Part shown: positions 1-11,215 of the stretch, piece after piece
Position numbering within the stretch: position 1 is the first letter of the stretch
Layout: every line of letters begins with the position of its first letter
Assembly: GCA_963700985.1 (NCBI GenBank)
Contig: OY969554.1
Coordinates: 960,001 to 1,024,000, forward strand
Length of the DNA stretch: 64,000 bases
Reading direction: 5' to 3'
Origin: an uncultured Chlamydiales bacterium
GTDB lineage: Bacteria; Chlamydiota; Chlamydiia; Chlamydiales; Rhabdochlamydiaceae
Notes under the pieces: generated by a model
What the model was told of the DNA's origin: nothing
Databases searched by the model: none
What the model saw: the letters and a program-made list of their open reading frames with translations, nothing else
Position numbers and translations under genes: made by a program

Positions 1-110
1 TGTAGAGCATCCGCCCCTGCATCTTCTACCCGTTTAGCTTCGTCGGCCAAATGGCCAAAATCTGCAGATAAAAGCGAGGGTTCTACTTGGACTTGCCATT
101 TCTTCTTCAT
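1..110 (-). CDS. rpe: Ribulose-phosphate 3-epimerase, 5' part (runs off window)
   Basis: Manual translation from ATG at 110 gives MKKKWQVQVEPSLLSADFGHLADEAKRVEDAGADAL, matching the Rpe N-terminal PS(L/I)LSADF...GAD motif; AAGGGA SD upstream. Confidence 0.88.
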   Translation of the reverse strand, partial: MKKKWQVQVEPSLLSADFGHLADEAKRVEDAGADAL

Positions 111-302
111 ATTTCCCTTAAGTCTAATGGATTGGTTCCCAGGATTATACCGAACTCTATTGATTTGTAAACACTCCCGAATCCTTCGCCTTCTTTCTCG
201 GGCACGAAAATTCAGGACAATTGGGACCGCCGTGACTTGCATAGCTTGCATTCAAGCAAGAAACGTGTAATATTCTTTTCCTTCACCTAACGGAGATTTC
301 TT

Positions 303-1244
303 ATGGCCCATAAAATAGACGGTGTAAACAAGCGCGCCCCAGCATATATGGGCGAGCTTGCTCAAAAATTAAAACAGAAGGCTGGAGATGCGCCGGGTGT
401 TGCTTCTCCTAAAACTGAAGAGATGCATAGGGATACGATTGAAACAGGCTGCTGCAGCTCACTCGACGGCATTTTGCCAGCGTGTATTTTAGATATATTT
501 GCCAGTATTGGCCGCTGCTTTAATTCGTTCTTCCAATGGATTACAGGTGTATTTTCATCAACCAAGAATGGAGAACTTCCGCCAGGCCCCGATGAAATTC
601 TCGATGAACAGCCTGGAACGGGTGCTCCGGATGATGCCCCAGACATGGAAACTGGTCCTAGAACTCCATATGTCCAAGGCCCACGCACTCCAGCTAATCC
701 TACCCAGATGGATGCAACTTCTCCAACTTCAAAGCGTGTTGTGCTGATGCCGATCGCGCCTGCTAATCTTGGAAAGCTACAAAAACAGATCGACGCCGTC
801 GTAATGGGTAAAGACCAAATATTTGATAAATTTGAATTTCCATGCAACGTGCTCTTGCGCGTTAACTTTGCACCTCCTCGAGGTAGTGTTCAGCCAGCTA
901 TTCAACATCTCTTTACAAGTGCATATACTAGTGAAAGTCAATATGTGAGATATCAATCAGAAGTCCGAAAATTTATGACTAACTTTTCAGGACTGTTGGG
1001 AACTCAAAAAATTTTAGAAGATTCAAATGTGACGCTACTTTTCTTACGTGTCACTAAAAAGGGTGATGGCAAATATAACGTGGTCAGTCTCTTGCACCAA
1101 TCAACTAAAACTTCGAGCTTTGAAGATATTCGCAAAGATCGCTCTTCACAGAAAAATGTTTCTGCTGACGCAGTTAGAGATCTCTGCAACAGCTTGAACT
1201 TTGCTGATAATATCGAAATCCCCTACGACAAGCTTTTATCATAA
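303..1244 (+). CDS. Hypothetical protein, candidate secreted effector
   Basis: 313-aa ORF with GGAG SD; Pro/Thr/Gly-rich N-half and an amphipathic segment (ILDIFASIGRCFNSFFQWITGVFS); no recognisable family. Confidence 0.7.
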   Translation: MAHKIDGVNKRAPAYMGELAQKLKQKAGDAPGVASPKTEEMHRDTIETGCCSSLDGILPACILDIFASIGRCFNSFFQWITGVFSSTKNGELPPGPDEILDEQPGTGAPDDAPDMETGPRTPYVQGPRTPANPTQMDATSPTSKRVVLMPIAPANLGKLQKQIDAVVMGKDQIFDKFEFPCNVLLRVNFAPPRGSVQPAIQHLFTSAYTSESQYVRYQSEVRKFMTNFSGLLGTQKILEDSNVTLLFLRVTKKGDGKYNVVSLLHQSTKTSSFEDIRKDRSSQKNVSADAVRDLCNSLNFADNIEIPYDKLLS

Positions 1245-3146
1245 GGTAGCTAATTGAAACTCTGACAAGAGCGCATGCAAAAATTGTGCGCGCTCACTTT
1301 CTTCGCTACAAAAATAGATATAGCCTAGATAAAGAGTCTCGCCATTTTTAAGATGCAGAGAGACAAGTTTAGAGGCGTTGAGTTTTAAGGCAGCTACTGC
1401 AGCATAAATCTTTGATTCCAGTTCGGGCTCTTTGAGTGCAATCATCACAACAAACGCCGCGTCCGGCTCAGCATGTCTGAGATCAAATCCCCGCTCTTCA
1501 TGACTATTGTCTTTAACCTCAAGCAAAAGCTCAAAAAGAGCCCTTAGATATTCCGGATCGAGCACGCTGCGCCATTCAATGGGAAAAATTGCGTGAAAGA
1601 AATTCTCCAATAAAAACTCATGAGATTTTGCAAGCTCCCCGAGCAACCCTTTCAGATTCATCAGCGTTTCCATCTGCTTGACCAACATACCTCCATTGAA
1701 GTCGCGCACCTCACCGACGCGCTTTTCAATCTCTTTAATAATCTCCCGCCGCGCACGATAAAAATCTACCGAGCGATCTTTGCGCAAAAAATCACGGGCG
1801 GGCATTTTGACACGTATAACGCATGCCTCTTTAAAATATTTCCCGCGTATCTTTCCGATCTTCTTGATGCGGTCAAAAACGAATTTAAAAGGACCCTTCT
1901 CTTCTTTAAAGATCTCTTCAAAGGAAGGCAGATCAGGTTCTGTTACTCTCACGATGATCACGCTGAATGCAAGTGCATCATCTAGCTGTCCATCGAATGA
2001 GAGGATCACATGGGGAAGATCACGGGCATATTTGACCTGTTTGGAAAGAGTAATGATGTTACGCATCACCTCCTCTTCATTGCGCGGCATAAAAACTGAC
2101 CGAGTAAAACGCTCGACCTGAGCCTTTATCTCTTCGGGAAGGCGATAACGTAGTTTTTGAATCTCTTCTAGAGAAAACTCCTCCTCATCCTCTTTTTGCA
2201 CTTCGACATAAATCGTCTTGATCCTCTCCTCTTTATTCTCCTGAAAAAAGCAGGATTCTTCGAGAATCTTTAGATGAGGAATAACCACGCATAAAGCTTT
2301 TAGTAAATGGCGCTCTTCAAAAAGCTCATTTTCCTGCAGAAAGTTCAAGCCTAAAAAGAGTGCGAGCACGGGTTTTATTCCCAGAGGCTGATGCAGCTTT
2401 GTTCGCATCAGCTTTAGCAAGAGAGCATCATTCTTGCCGCGTTCTTTTAACCGTTTATGAAAGAGATAAAGCACGGAAATAATCCGGCTCATATGGTGTG
2501 AATCACGCGAGGCCTTGAACTCCTCATGACAGCTAACAAAGAAGTGCTGCATTTGGCTGAAAATATCATCGTCAAACTCGAGTGGCCGGCGTCTATGTAG
2601 TGCGCTAATCTTTTCTTGAATTAAGACAGTCTTTTCATCCACCGAAAGCCCTTTGATCTCCAATATACGGCTGGCATGGTAAACCGATGTCGCGCCCAGC
2701 TGAATTTCGGCTTCAAGAATAGGCAGAGCGTGACGCACTTCATCAAACTCCTGCTGATCATGCAAGTGGAGAACAAGTTCTGCAAATGTATAAACTTCAC
2801 ATCCAAACTCAGGAAGTTTGAACTCTGTGGTAAAAAAAAGACCGACATTGAGCGGTTTGCCAGGAAGCAACCAGCGCGTCATCATATCGTGAAAAAACTT
2901 TCCCGCATGTGGGCGAGCGCGGCAAAGTAGAAATACGGAGAGATTCAAAGACTCCTTCTCCCATTCAAGCCAGGTCACAAGCGGCAGCGTCTCTTGAAAC
3001 TGTTGGCAGCTCTCCTCTTCACCTGAGAAAATCTGAGTCGGCAGAATTTTTTGCAGGGCGCCGCGCAAAAGTGCGCAATAGAGAAGATGTTGGCTTGGAT
3101 CTGAAGAGAAATCAAAAAGCGGAACAATCTGCGGATGATTCAACAT
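1239..3146 (-). CDS. Hypothetical protein (635 aa)
   Basis: Long ORF whose ATG overlaps the lysC stop; globular composition; no catalytic motif recognised. Confidence 0.8.
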   Translation of the reverse strand: MLNHPQIVPLFDFSSDPSQHLLYCALLRGALQKILPTQIFSGEEESCQQFQETLPLVTWLEWEKESLNLSVFLLCRARPHAGKFFHDMMTRWLLPGKPLNVGLFFTTEFKLPEFGCEVYTFAELVLHLHDQQEFDEVRHALPILEAEIQLGATSVYHASRILEIKGLSVDEKTVLIQEKISALHRRRPLEFDDDIFSQMQHFFVSCHEEFKASRDSHHMSRIISVLYLFHKRLKERGKNDALLLKLMRTKLHQPLGIKPVLALFLGLNFLQENELFEERHLLKALCVVIPHLKILEESCFFQENKEERIKTIYVEVQKEDEEEFSLEEIQKLRYRLPEEIKAQVERFTRSVFMPRNEEEVMRNIITLSKQVKYARDLPHVILSFDGQLDDALAFSVIIVRVTEPDLPSFEEIFKEEKGPFKFVFDRIKKIGKIRGKYFKEACVIRVKMPARDFLRKDRSVDFYRARREIIKEIEKRVGEVRDFNGGMLVKQMETLMNLKGLLGELAKSHEFLLENFFHAIFPIEWRSVLDPEYLRALFELLLEVKDNSHEERGFDLRHAEPDAAFVVMIALKEPELESKIYAAVAALKLNASKLVSLHLKNGETLYLGYIYFCSEESERAQFLHALLSEFQLATL

Positions 3147-3922
3147 CCTTCCTCAAATTGTGCCTGCGCAGGACGAATTCCGAGCTCGTCGCTAATAATC
3201 GTACCTTCAGTCAGATTTTCCGGTGCATTGAATGAGAGTACGTGTAGAGGCATTAAGTTTTTCTCTGCGAGCAAGATGGCTCGCTCATGTAAAACTTTTG
3301 CTCCCTTCTTCACAATTTCTAAAGCTTGAGGATAGCTAAGCTTATCAAATAGAGTCGCATCTGGATTTTTCTTAGGGTCTTCGTCGCAGATGCCACGCAC
3401 ATCTTTATAGAATTCCACTTTCTCAGCATTTAAGGCGATGGCCAGTGCTACTGCCGAAGTATCTGATCCCCCTCTTCCGAGCGTGGTAATCTCACCTTCA
3501 CGGCTCACGCCTTGAAAGCCGGCTACAATTACGATCTTGCCTATAGATAGATGGGGAAGTAACCGGAAGGGACGGACTTCGATGATTTGAGCATCGTTAT
3601 GGCGAGAGCTGGTAATAATCCCCGACTGGCTGCCAGTAAAGCTGATCGCCTCTCGGCTTTTGGCGGCGAGCGCCATAGCGAGCAGAGAAATACTGATCCG
3701 CTCACCTACCGAGATCAACATATCTAATTCCCGTCTTGGAGGGTCTACGTTTACCTTTTTAGCAAGAGCGATAAGTTGGTCGGTTGTATCCCCCATAGCG
3801 CTTACTACTACCACGATCTGCTGGTAAATATGTGAGCGCTTGAGGATAATCTCAGCAATTTTTGAAAACTGTTCTGCCGTAGCAACAGCCGCACCACCGA
3901 ACTTCATCACCAACGCCTTCAT
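3140..3922 (-). CDS. lysC: Aspartate kinase, catalytic domain only
   Basis: VMKFGG, VVVSAMGDTTD, GFQG..TTLGRGGSDTSA motifs; likely start ATG 3922 after GAGG; no C-terminal ACT domains. Confidence 0.9.
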   Translation of the reverse strand: MKALVMKFGGAAVATAEQFSKIAEIILKRSHIYQQIVVVVSAMGDTTDQLIALAKKVNVDPPRRELDMLISVGERISISLLAMALAAKSREAISFTGSQSGIITSSRHNDAQIIEVRPFRLLPHLSIGKIVIVAGFQGVSREGEITTLGRGGSDTSAVALAIALNAEKVEFYKDVRGICDEDPKKNPDATLFDKLSYPQALEIVKKGAKVLHERAILLAEKNLMPLHVLSFNAPENLTEGTIISDELGIRPAQAQFEEGC

Positions 3923-4032
3923 ATCACTTAACCTCAAGCACTTATATCACAAATAAACAACAAAAAGAGTTCTTCACAAGTCAAGACACTCTATTAAAAA
4001 CTTCTCGAAGATGCAATGCATAATTTACACCA

Positions 4033-4062
4033 TTGCTTTTATAACTAATCTTTTGTTAGGAT
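4033..4062 (+). promoter_or_regulatory. Candidate sigma66-type promoter of the rpsA-nusA-infB operon
   Basis: TTGCTT-18nt-TAGGAT with TG extended -10. Confidence 0.4.
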
Positions 4063-4177
4063 TCCTCGACGAACGCATTCTGTCTTTATTCGACGAATCC
4101 TCTCCCCACCGACATTCGCGAAGGGCAAAAAGCTATTGATATGATTTTTTTATAAACCCTTAGGAGAAACCTTTAAC

Positions 4178-5953
4178 ATGTCCAAAAACTCAAAATACGA
4201 CTGGAATGACAGTCAAGTTATCGACGATGTCGATTTCAAAGAAGAAGATGCAAAGCAGTTTAAGAGCTTACTAACTAGAAAAGAAGAGACTGCCGGCGAA
4301 GGCTCTGTTTCTTCCATGAGTGCAGGACAAGTTTTAAAGGGACGTGTTGTTGAAGTTACGAAAGATTTCGTCGTTGTCGACGTAGGCCTAAAATCGGAAG
4401 GTCTGGTGCCTATCGATGAATTCACCGACATGGCTGAACTCTTCCTAGAAAATGAAGTTGAAGTTCTTCTGGATCAAGCAGAAGGATCAGACGGCCAGAT
4501 CGTGCTCTCTCGTGAAAAAGCACGCCGTCAAAGACAGTGGGAATACATCATCCACCACTGCAATGAGGGTTCAATTGTTCAAGGTAAAGTTATCCGTAAA
4601 GTCAAAGGCGGCCTGATGGTCGATATCGGGATGGAAGCTTTCCTACCCGGCTCGCAAATCGACAACAAGCGTATTAAAAACCTCGATGAATACATCGGTG
4701 GCACTTACGACTTTAAGATCCTTAAGATCAATACAGAACGCAAAAATATCGTCGTCTCACGCCGTGAGCTCTTAGAAGAAGAGCGTATTTCACGCAAAGC
4801 TGAGATGCTCGAAAACATCCATATTGGCGAAGTGCGCAAAGGGATTGTGAAAAACATCACTGACTTCGGGGTCTTCTTAGACCTAGATGGCATCGATGGT
4901 CTTCTGCACATCACTGATATGACATGGAAAAGAATTAAGCACCCATCTGAGATGGTTCATCTCGGAGAAGAGCTCGAAGTCATGATTCTACATATCGACA
5001 AAGATAAAGGTAGAGTGGCTCTGGGAATGAAACAGAAAGAAGAAAATCCATGGGAAGAGATCGAACAGCGCTACCCACAAGGTACTCGCGTCCGTGGAAA
5101 AATCGTTAACCTCGTACCTTACGGCGCCTTTATCGAAATTGAGCCAGGCATCGAAGGCCTAATCCACGTTTCAGAAATGTCATGGGTTAAGAACGTCTCC
5201 GATCCAACAGAAGTCGTCAAAAAAGGTGATGAAGTAGAAGCGATCGTTCTCTCTGTCCAAAAAGAAGAAGGCAAGATCTCTCTCGGCATCAAGCAAACAG
5301 AGAAAAACCCTTGGGAAGAAGTCGAGAAGAAATATCCGATCGGCAGCAACGTACAAGTTGAGATTCGCAATCTCACCAATTACGGTGCCTTTGTTGAGCT
5401 AGAACCAGGAATCGACGGCCTGATCCACATTTCAGACCTAAGCTGGATCAAAAAAGTTTCACACCCTTCTGAAGTCTTTAAGAAGGGCGATAAAGTCGAC
5501 GCGGTCATTCTCTCTGTTGACAAAGAGAGCAAGAAGATCACTTTGGGCGTGAAACAATTGAGCCAAAACCCTTGGGAAAGCATCGAAAAGACAATGCCTG
5601 TTGGCACACTTGTCAAAGGTGTTGTAACTAAGATCACAGCTTTTGGTGCCTTTGTTGAACTCGAAAACGGAATCGAAGCTCTTGTGCACGTAACTGAAAT
5701 CTCCGATCAGCCTTTTGGCAAAGTCGAAGAAGTGATCCAAAAAGGTGCAGAGATCACAGCAAAAGTGATCAAATTAGATCCTGAGCATAAGAAAATTGCG
5801 CTCTCGGTCAAAGAGTACCTCGTCGACACGAACAAGCATAATAGCGATGACATTGTTGTAGGCGCTGCTAAGCCTCGCAGTCAGAGCAAGAAGAAGAAAA
5901 AAACCGCGGCTGAGGAAGAAGTTACCTCAAGTCAAGAGGACAAGGGGAAATAA
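4178..5953 (+). CDS. rpsA: 30S ribosomal protein S1
   Basis: Repeated S1 domains ([22 protein letters not shown]). Confidence 0.98.
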   Translation: MSKNSKYDWNDSQVIDDVDFKEEDAKQFKSLLTRKEETAGEGSVSSMSAGQVLKGRVVEVTKDFVVVDVGLKSEGLVPIDEFTDMAELFLENEVEVLLDQAEGSDGQIVLSREKARRQRQWEYIIHHCNEGSIVQGKVIRKVKGGLMVDIGMEAFLPGSQIDNKRIKNLDEYIGGTYDFKILKINTERKNIVVSRRELLEEERISRKAEMLENIHIGEVRKGIVKNITDFGVFLDLDGIDGLLHITDMTWKRIKHPSEMVHLGEELEVMILHIDKDKGRVALGMKQKEENPWEEIEQRYPQGTRVRGKIVNLVPYGAFIEIEPGIEGLIHVSEMSWVKNVSDPTEVVKKGDEVEAIVLSVQKEEGKISLGIKQTEKNPWEEVEKKYPIGSNVQVEIRNLTNYGAFVELEPGIDGLIHISDLSWIKKVSHPSEVFKKGDKVDAVILSVDKESKKITLGVKQLSQNPWESIEKTMPVGTLVKGVVTKITAFGAFVELENGIEALVHVTEISDQPFGKVEEVIQKGAEITAKVIKLDPEHKKIALSVKEYLVDTNKHNSDDIVVGAAKPRSQSKKKKKTAAEEEVTSSQEDKGK

Positions 5954-7227
5954 TGAATAAAGACCTCGTTGCAATCTTTGAGTATCTCGAAAGAGAAAAA
6001 GGGATAAAGCGGGATGTAATCATCTCCGCAATTGAAGAGTCTCTTCGTGCGGCTGCGCGTAAGAGTATCAAAGGTCACATCAACGTTACCGTCCAGATCA
6101 ATTCAAAGACGGGCGTGATCGATGTGATCGCTCAAAAGGAAGTGGTAGACAAGGTCACCATTCCTGAAGAAGAGATCTCTTTAGAAGATGCTAAAGTCTT
6201 AAATCCTGATGCCGAAATGGGTCAGTGGGTCGATATCACGATCACACCTCAGGATTTTGGACGTGTAGCCGCTCAGACAGCGAGACAGATCATCTCCCAG
6301 AAGCTGCGTGGTGCAGAACGTGATGTGATCTATGAAGAGTATCGCCATCGCGTGCACGAAATCGTATCAGGCAGCGTGAAAAGAGTGATTCGCGGCGCAA
6401 CTTTGATTGTCGATTTAGGCAAAGTCGAAGCTGTAATGCCCGATCGCTTCTATCCTAAAACTGAGAAGTACAACATCGGTGATCGCGTACAAGCTCTATT
6501 ATGGGAAGTAAGAGATACAGAAAGCGGCGGCGCTGAAGTTATTCTTTCGCGCTCTCATGCAGAATTCGTGGTGCAGCTTTTCATGCAAGAAGTTCCAGAG
6601 ATCAATGATGGCACAATTGTCATTGAACGCATTGTAAGAGAAGCGGGCTACCGCACGAAACTTGCCGTGCGCTCTTTAGATACAAAAGTCGATCCTGTTG
6701 GCGCTTGCGTAGGTGTACGTGGAACGCGTGTGAAAAATATCATTCGCGAACTCAACAACGAAAAGATTGATATCTTCCCTTATGCAGATGACCCGGTTCA
6801 ATTGCTTCAAAACGCGCTGCAGCCGATTGAAATCAAAAAAATCAGCGTTAGTGAAGATGGGGAGACTATCTCTATCGTTGTGGATGACGAAAGCTATCCT
6901 AACGTACTTGGAAGACGTGGCATGAACGCTCGTCTCAACGGTCAATTAGTCGGGGTAGACCTAGAAGTTCAAAAGATGAGCGATTACCAGAAAGCGATGA
7001 CCATTGAACGAGCGGAGCTTGCCACAGTAGAAGATCCTACTTTAGATGAGCCTCTGAAAGTTGAAGGCTTAAGTTCAATGATTGTCCAGAGTTTGATCAG
7101 CGCCGGGTACGATACACGTCGCAAACTTCTAATGGCTACGCCAGAACAACTCGCAGCTATTCCTGAGATTAGCGCGGATATGGCAGACAAGATTTTGGAT
7201 CAAATTCGCAAAAAAGTAGGAAAGTAG
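5953..7227 (+). CDS. nusA: Transcription factor NusA
   Basis: FGRVAAQTARQ and REAGYRTKLAV..DPVGACVG motifs. Confidence 0.98.
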   Translation: MNKDLVAIFEYLEREKGIKRDVIISAIEESLRAAARKSIKGHINVTVQINSKTGVIDVIAQKEVVDKVTIPEEEISLEDAKVLNPDAEMGQWVDITITPQDFGRVAAQTARQIISQKLRGAERDVIYEEYRHRVHEIVSGSVKRVIRGATLIVDLGKVEAVMPDRFYPKTEKYNIGDRVQALLWEVRDTESGGAEVILSRSHAEFVVQLFMQEVPEINDGTIVIERIVREAGYRTKLAVRSLDTKVDPVGACVGVRGTRVKNIIRELNNEKIDIFPYADDPVQLLQNALQPIEIKKISVSEDGETISIVVDDESYPNVLGRRGMNARLNGQLVGVDLEVQKMSDYQKAMTIERAELATVEDPTLDEPLKVEGLSSMIVQSLISAGYDTRRKLLMATPEQLAAIPEISADMADKILDQIRKKVGK

Positions 7228-7270
7228 AGCGAAAGCTTTACCACTGTTTGAAAAAAATGAGGAGTGACCG

Positions 7271-10144
7271 TTGGCCAAGAATTTAAAGCTGAATATTAAA
7301 AACGCCCAACTTGCTGAAGCATTAAAGCTCGGCAAAGTGAAAAAGGCACCAGCGGCTGCTCCCAAAAAAAAGGAAGCTGAGCCTGCAGTCCCTCCTGCCC
7401 CTATTATAGAGGATGCTGCGCCGAAAAAAGCGCGTGCGAAAGAGGTTGTGGCAGAGGCTCCGGAAAAACAAGAAGCGCCAAAGCTTGAACCCAAGTCTGA
7501 ACCAAGATCTGAATTAAGGCATGAACCGAAGCAAGACAAGTTCGAGCCAGAAACTAAGCCTCAAGCTCCTGAAAAAGCGCATTTTGAAGCTGAGGCCGAA
7601 ACGCCTGCAGCCACGCCACGTTCTGAAAAACCCCAAGTTCCTGCTGACAAACGCGTACCTTTAGAAAGAGCCCAAGAATATAGAGACTCGCGCGATGAGC
7701 GACCTGCTTTTAGACGCTCTTCTCCTCCACAGCAACAAGGAAGCAGACCTCCATATTCCTCACCACAACAAGGTGGAAGGCCTCCCTATCGCCCTCCTTA
7801 TAGACCTGGTGCACCTGGCCAGTCTAATGCCCCGAGTTCTGGTGGTTATCAAGGTAATAATCCGCGTCCTAGCACAGGCGGCTATCAAGGCAACAATCCA
7901 AGACCTAGCACTGGTGGTTATCAGGGCAGCAATCCAAGACCTGGTTATCAAGGTGGTGGCGGCTATCAAGGCAACAATCCAAGACCTAGCACCGGTGGTT
8001 ATCAAGGCAGCAATCCACGCCCTGGCTATCAAGGCCCAAGACCTAGTACGGGCGGCTACCAAGGTGGCGCACCAAGAAGAGAATTCAGCCTACCCGGCCA
8101 AGTTAGAAGACCTCCTCCTGGCGCAGATGTGCCAGGTCAAGCTAAGCCTGGTGCAGCTCCCGCAAGATCTCGACCTGAAAGTGGCGAAGCTCCGCGTAAA
8201 CCTGGCTTCAAAGAATTCCGCGATGTTAAGCCGCAAAAGCGTGTAGAATCTCATCGTGCATTTGACTCTAGAGATAGACAAGGCCTACGCGTTTCTGACG
8301 ATGAAGCTTGGCGCAAGAAAAGACCTGCGCAAAAAATGCGTTCCAGCGCCATGGAAGAGATGGTCATCCGTCCTAAAGAGCTGAGCGTACGCATTCCTAT
8401 TAGCATCAAAGATCTAGCTATGGCGATGAAGCTGAAAGCTTCGCAGCTTCTAGCGAAACTGCTAATGCAAGGCGCTGTCTTAACTCTTAATGATTTTCTT
8501 GATGATGAGACTACGATTCAACTTCTCGGTCACGAATTTGACTGCGAAATTAAGATCGATCGTACCGAAGAAGACCGCATTCGCGTCACTGATAAGACGA
8601 TTAAACAAGAGATCCAGGAAACTTCTGCTGCCACTCTTATTTTACGTCCTCCAGTCGTTACGTTTATGGGCCACGTCGACCACGGTAAAACAAGTCTAAT
8701 TGATAAAATTCGCTCAACCAATATTGCCAGCGGTGAAGCTGGAGCTATTACCCAGCACATCGGCGCCTTCAAGTGCCACACGGCTGTGGGTGATATCGCT
8801 ATTTTAGATACGCCTGGTCACGAAGCCTTTTCTGCAATGCGTACACGCGGCGCTGATGTCACAGACATCATCGTTCTCGTCATCGCCGGCGACGAAGGTA
8901 TGCGCGCTCAGACACTCGAAGCGATCGAGCAAGCTCAAAAAGCCACAGTTCCAATCGTTGTAGCCCTCAATAAAAGCGATAAACCGAACTTCAATGCTGA
9001 AACGGTCTATCGCCAACTCGCTGATAATAACCTCCTGCCGGAAGCCTGGGGTGGTACGACCATTACAGTAAACTGCTCTGCGCACACTGGCGAAGGAATT
9101 AAAGAGCTGCTTGAAATGTTAGCTCTACAAGCTGAAATCTTAGAATTAAAAGCTAATCCGCATTCTAGAGCTCGCGGCACCGTAATCGAATCTGAGATGC
9201 ACAAAGGCATGGGCCCTGTAGCTACTCTGCTCGTTCAAAACGGCACACTCCGTTTAGGCGATGCATTAGTCTTTGGTCAAAATTGGGCACGCATTAAGAC
9301 AATGCATGATGAAAAAGGCAAGGAGCTAACCGAAGCTGGTCCTTCTACGCCTGTGAAAATCACTGGCCTATCTGGCCTTCCAGATGCCGGCAGCGAATTT
9401 ATCGTTGTAAAGAACGAAAAAGAAGCTCAGGAAGTCTCTTACGAACGCGCCTTAGGCAAGAAAAGTTTGCAACAAGCCAAACGCGCACCAATCGAAGCTC
9501 TTATGCAGCAGAATGGATCGAAACAAGAGAGAAAGACACTCAATCTTATCTTACGTGCCGACGTTCAAGGCTCGCTGGATGCGCTTAAAACTTCGATCCT
9601 TAAAATTGTTTCTGAGAAAGTAAGCATCAACATCATCTCTGCTGATGTTGGAGAAATTTCTGAATCAGATATTCAATTGGCATCTGCATCGAAAGCACCG
9701 ATTCTCGGTTTTCATACACAGATTGAAAGCCATGCAGATCGCCTGATTAAAGCGACAAAGGTTGTGGTTAAACTTCACGATGTTATCTACCACGCTGTGG
9801 ATGATATCAAAGCCCTCATGTTGGGAATGCTGGATAAAATCCCGCAAGAAAACGATACAGGCTCGGCTGAAGTTAGAACCACCTTTAAAGCTTCTCAGCT
9901 CGGCGTAATTGCGGGCTGCCATGTGATTGATGGAACCATTCGACGCAATAACCATGTGCGCGTCTTGCGCGATAAACAAGTTATTTGGAAGGGAGCAATT
10001 TCTTCACTGCGCCGTATTAAAGAAGACGTACGTGAAGTCAGCAAAGGTTTTGAGTGCGGTATCGTTCTGCAGAACTTCAATGAAGTCAAAGAAGGCGATA
10101 TTTTGCAGGCTTATGAGATTACCTACCTGCAGCAGGAGCTCTAA
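7271..10144 (+). CDS. infB: Translation initiation factor IF-2
   Basis: [20 protein letters not shown] GTPase motifs; TTG start. Confidence 0.98.
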   Translation: MAKNLKLNIKNAQLAEALKLGKVKKAPAAAPKKKEAEPAVPPAPIIEDAAPKKARAKEVVAEAPEKQEAPKLEPKSEPRSELRHEPKQDKFEPETKPQAPEKAHFEAEAETPAATPRSEKPQVPADKRVPLERAQEYRDSRDERPAFRRSSPPQQQGSRPPYSSPQQGGRPPYRPPYRPGAPGQSNAPSSGGYQGNNPRPSTGGYQGNNPRPSTGGYQGSNPRPGYQGGGGYQGNNPRPSTGGYQGSNPRPGYQGPRPSTGGYQGGAPRREFSLPGQVRRPPPGADVPGQAKPGAAPARSRPESGEAPRKPGFKEFRDVKPQKRVESHRAFDSRDRQGLRVSDDEAWRKKRPAQKMRSSAMEEMVIRPKELSVRIPISIKDLAMAMKLKASQLLAKLLMQGAVLTLNDFLDDETTIQLLGHEFDCEIKIDRTEEDRIRVTDKTIKQEIQETSAATLILRPPVVTFMGHVDHGKTSLIDKIRSTNIASGEAGAITQHIGAFKCHTAVGDIAILDTPGHEAFSAMRTRGADVTDIIVLVIAGDEGMRAQTLEAIEQAQKATVPIVVALNKSDKPNFNAETVYRQLADNNLLPEAWGGTTITVNCSAHTGEGIKELLEMLALQAEILELKANPHSRARGTVIESEMHKGMGPVATLLVQNGTLRLGDALVFGQNWARIKTMHDEKGKELTEAGPSTPVKITGLSGLPDAGSEFIVVKNEKEAQEVSYERALGKKSLQQAKRAPIEALMQQNGSKQERKTLNLILRADVQGSLDALKTSILKIVSEKVSINIISADVGEISESDIQLASASKAPILGFHTQIESHADRLIKATKVVVKLHDVIYHAVDDIKALMLGMLDKIPQENDTGSAEVRTTFKASQLGVIAGCHVIDGTIRRNNHVRVLRDKQVIWKGAISSLRRIKEDVREVSKGFECGIVLQNFNEVKEGDILQAYEITYLQQEL
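7841..8065 (+). repeat. Coding tandem repeat (GGYQG[N/S]NPRPST, ~36 bp unit) in the IF-2 N-terminus
   Basis: Eight GYQG cores in full and truncated units, with synonymous variation between units. Confidence 0.92.
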
Positions 10145-10146
10145 GC

Positions 10147-10542
10147 TTGGCCAAAAAACGTATTGAACGTCTTAATTCTCTTTTAAAAGAGGTGCTCTCC
10201 GAGGTTATCCGCAAAGATGTGCGCGATCCCCGGTTATCCCCTCTTTTTAGCATTACACGTGTGGATATCACCTCAGATTTGCAACACGCCAAGGTTTATA
10301 TCAGCGTGATTGGCACGCCTCATCAAAAAGAAGAAACGATCATAGCTCTTCAATCTGCCGCAGGTTTTATCGCAATCACCTCTTCAAAAAAAGTTGTGAT
10401 GCGTTATTTCCCCGCTTTGAACTTTAAACTCGATCAATCCTTGGAAGAGCAGCTGCGCATTGAAGAAGTGCTCGGGCAGATCAACCAGGAGAAAAGAGCT
10501 AGAAAAGTTCCTCCGACAGAAGAAGAGGCTCCTGATGCATGA
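10147..10542 (+). CDS. rbfA: Ribosome-binding factor A
   Basis: RDPRL..ITRVDITSDLQHAKVY..P.L.F..D; operon position. Confidence 0.95.
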   Translation: MAKKRIERLNSLLKEVLSEVIRKDVRDPRLSPLFSITRVDITSDLQHAKVYISVIGTPHQKEETIIALQSAAGFIAITSSKKVVMRYFPALNFKLDQSLEEQLRIEEVLGQINQEKRARKVPPTEEEAPDA

Positions 10543-11212
10543 CCTCAGCGGCATTCTGCTTGTCGATAAACCCAAAGGCAGAACTTCATTTAGCCTCATC
10601 CCCTTTTTAAGAAAGCTCTCTGGCCTTCAAACCATTGGCCACGCGGGCACGCTCGATCCTTTTGCAACAGGGGTAATGGTCATCCTATTGGGCAAGCCCT
10701 TTACCAAGTTATCAGATCAATTCCTCTCAAATGATAAAGAGTATATAGCTCAAGTTCGTCTTGGCATCGCCACCGATTCTTTCGACTGCGACGGAAAAGA
10801 GATATCTAATTCCGAGAAGATCCCCACAAGGGAAGAGATCGAAGAGAGCCTTAAAAAATTCCAAGGCACCATCCTGCAAACTCCTCCGATGTTTTCTGCT
10901 AAAAAGGTAAAAGGCAAAAAACTCTATGAGCTCGCGCGAAAAGGCATAGAGATCGAAAGACAGCCGGTCGAGGTCACTCTTTCTACGCGTCTTTTAGATT
11001 ACAACTACCCTCTTTTAGATCTCGCTATTACCTGCTCGAAGGGCACATATATCCGTTCGATTGCAGATGAGCTCGGTAAAGCTCTAGGCTGCTTTGGTCA
11101 TCTATCGGCCTTAATTCGCACCCGCAGCGGCACTTTTCACCTCCGTGACTGCCTCTCTTGGGACAAGATTTCAGCGCCAGGCTTTGATCTGCAAAGCAGC
11201 TTGAGAAGGTAG
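10535..11212 (+). CDS. truB: tRNA pseudouridine(55) synthase
   Basis: DKPKG.TS, GHAGTLDPFATG, CSKGTYIRS; likely start ATG 10535. Confidence 0.96.
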   Translation: MHDLSGILLVDKPKGRTSFSLIPFLRKLSGLQTIGHAGTLDPFATGVMVILLGKPFTKLSDQFLSNDKEYIAQVRLGIATDSFDCDGKEISNSEKIPTREEIEESLKKFQGTILQTPPMFSAKKVKGKKLYELARKGIEIERQPVEVTLSTRLLDYNYPLLDLAITCSKGTYIRSIADELGKALGCFGHLSALIRTRSGTFHLRDCLSWDKISAPGFDLQSSLRR

Positions 11213-11215
11213 CTT

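Noticed and set aside
7841-8065. Possible CRISPR-like 36-bp periodicity
   Set aside because: In-frame coding repeat with no unique spacers and no cas genes
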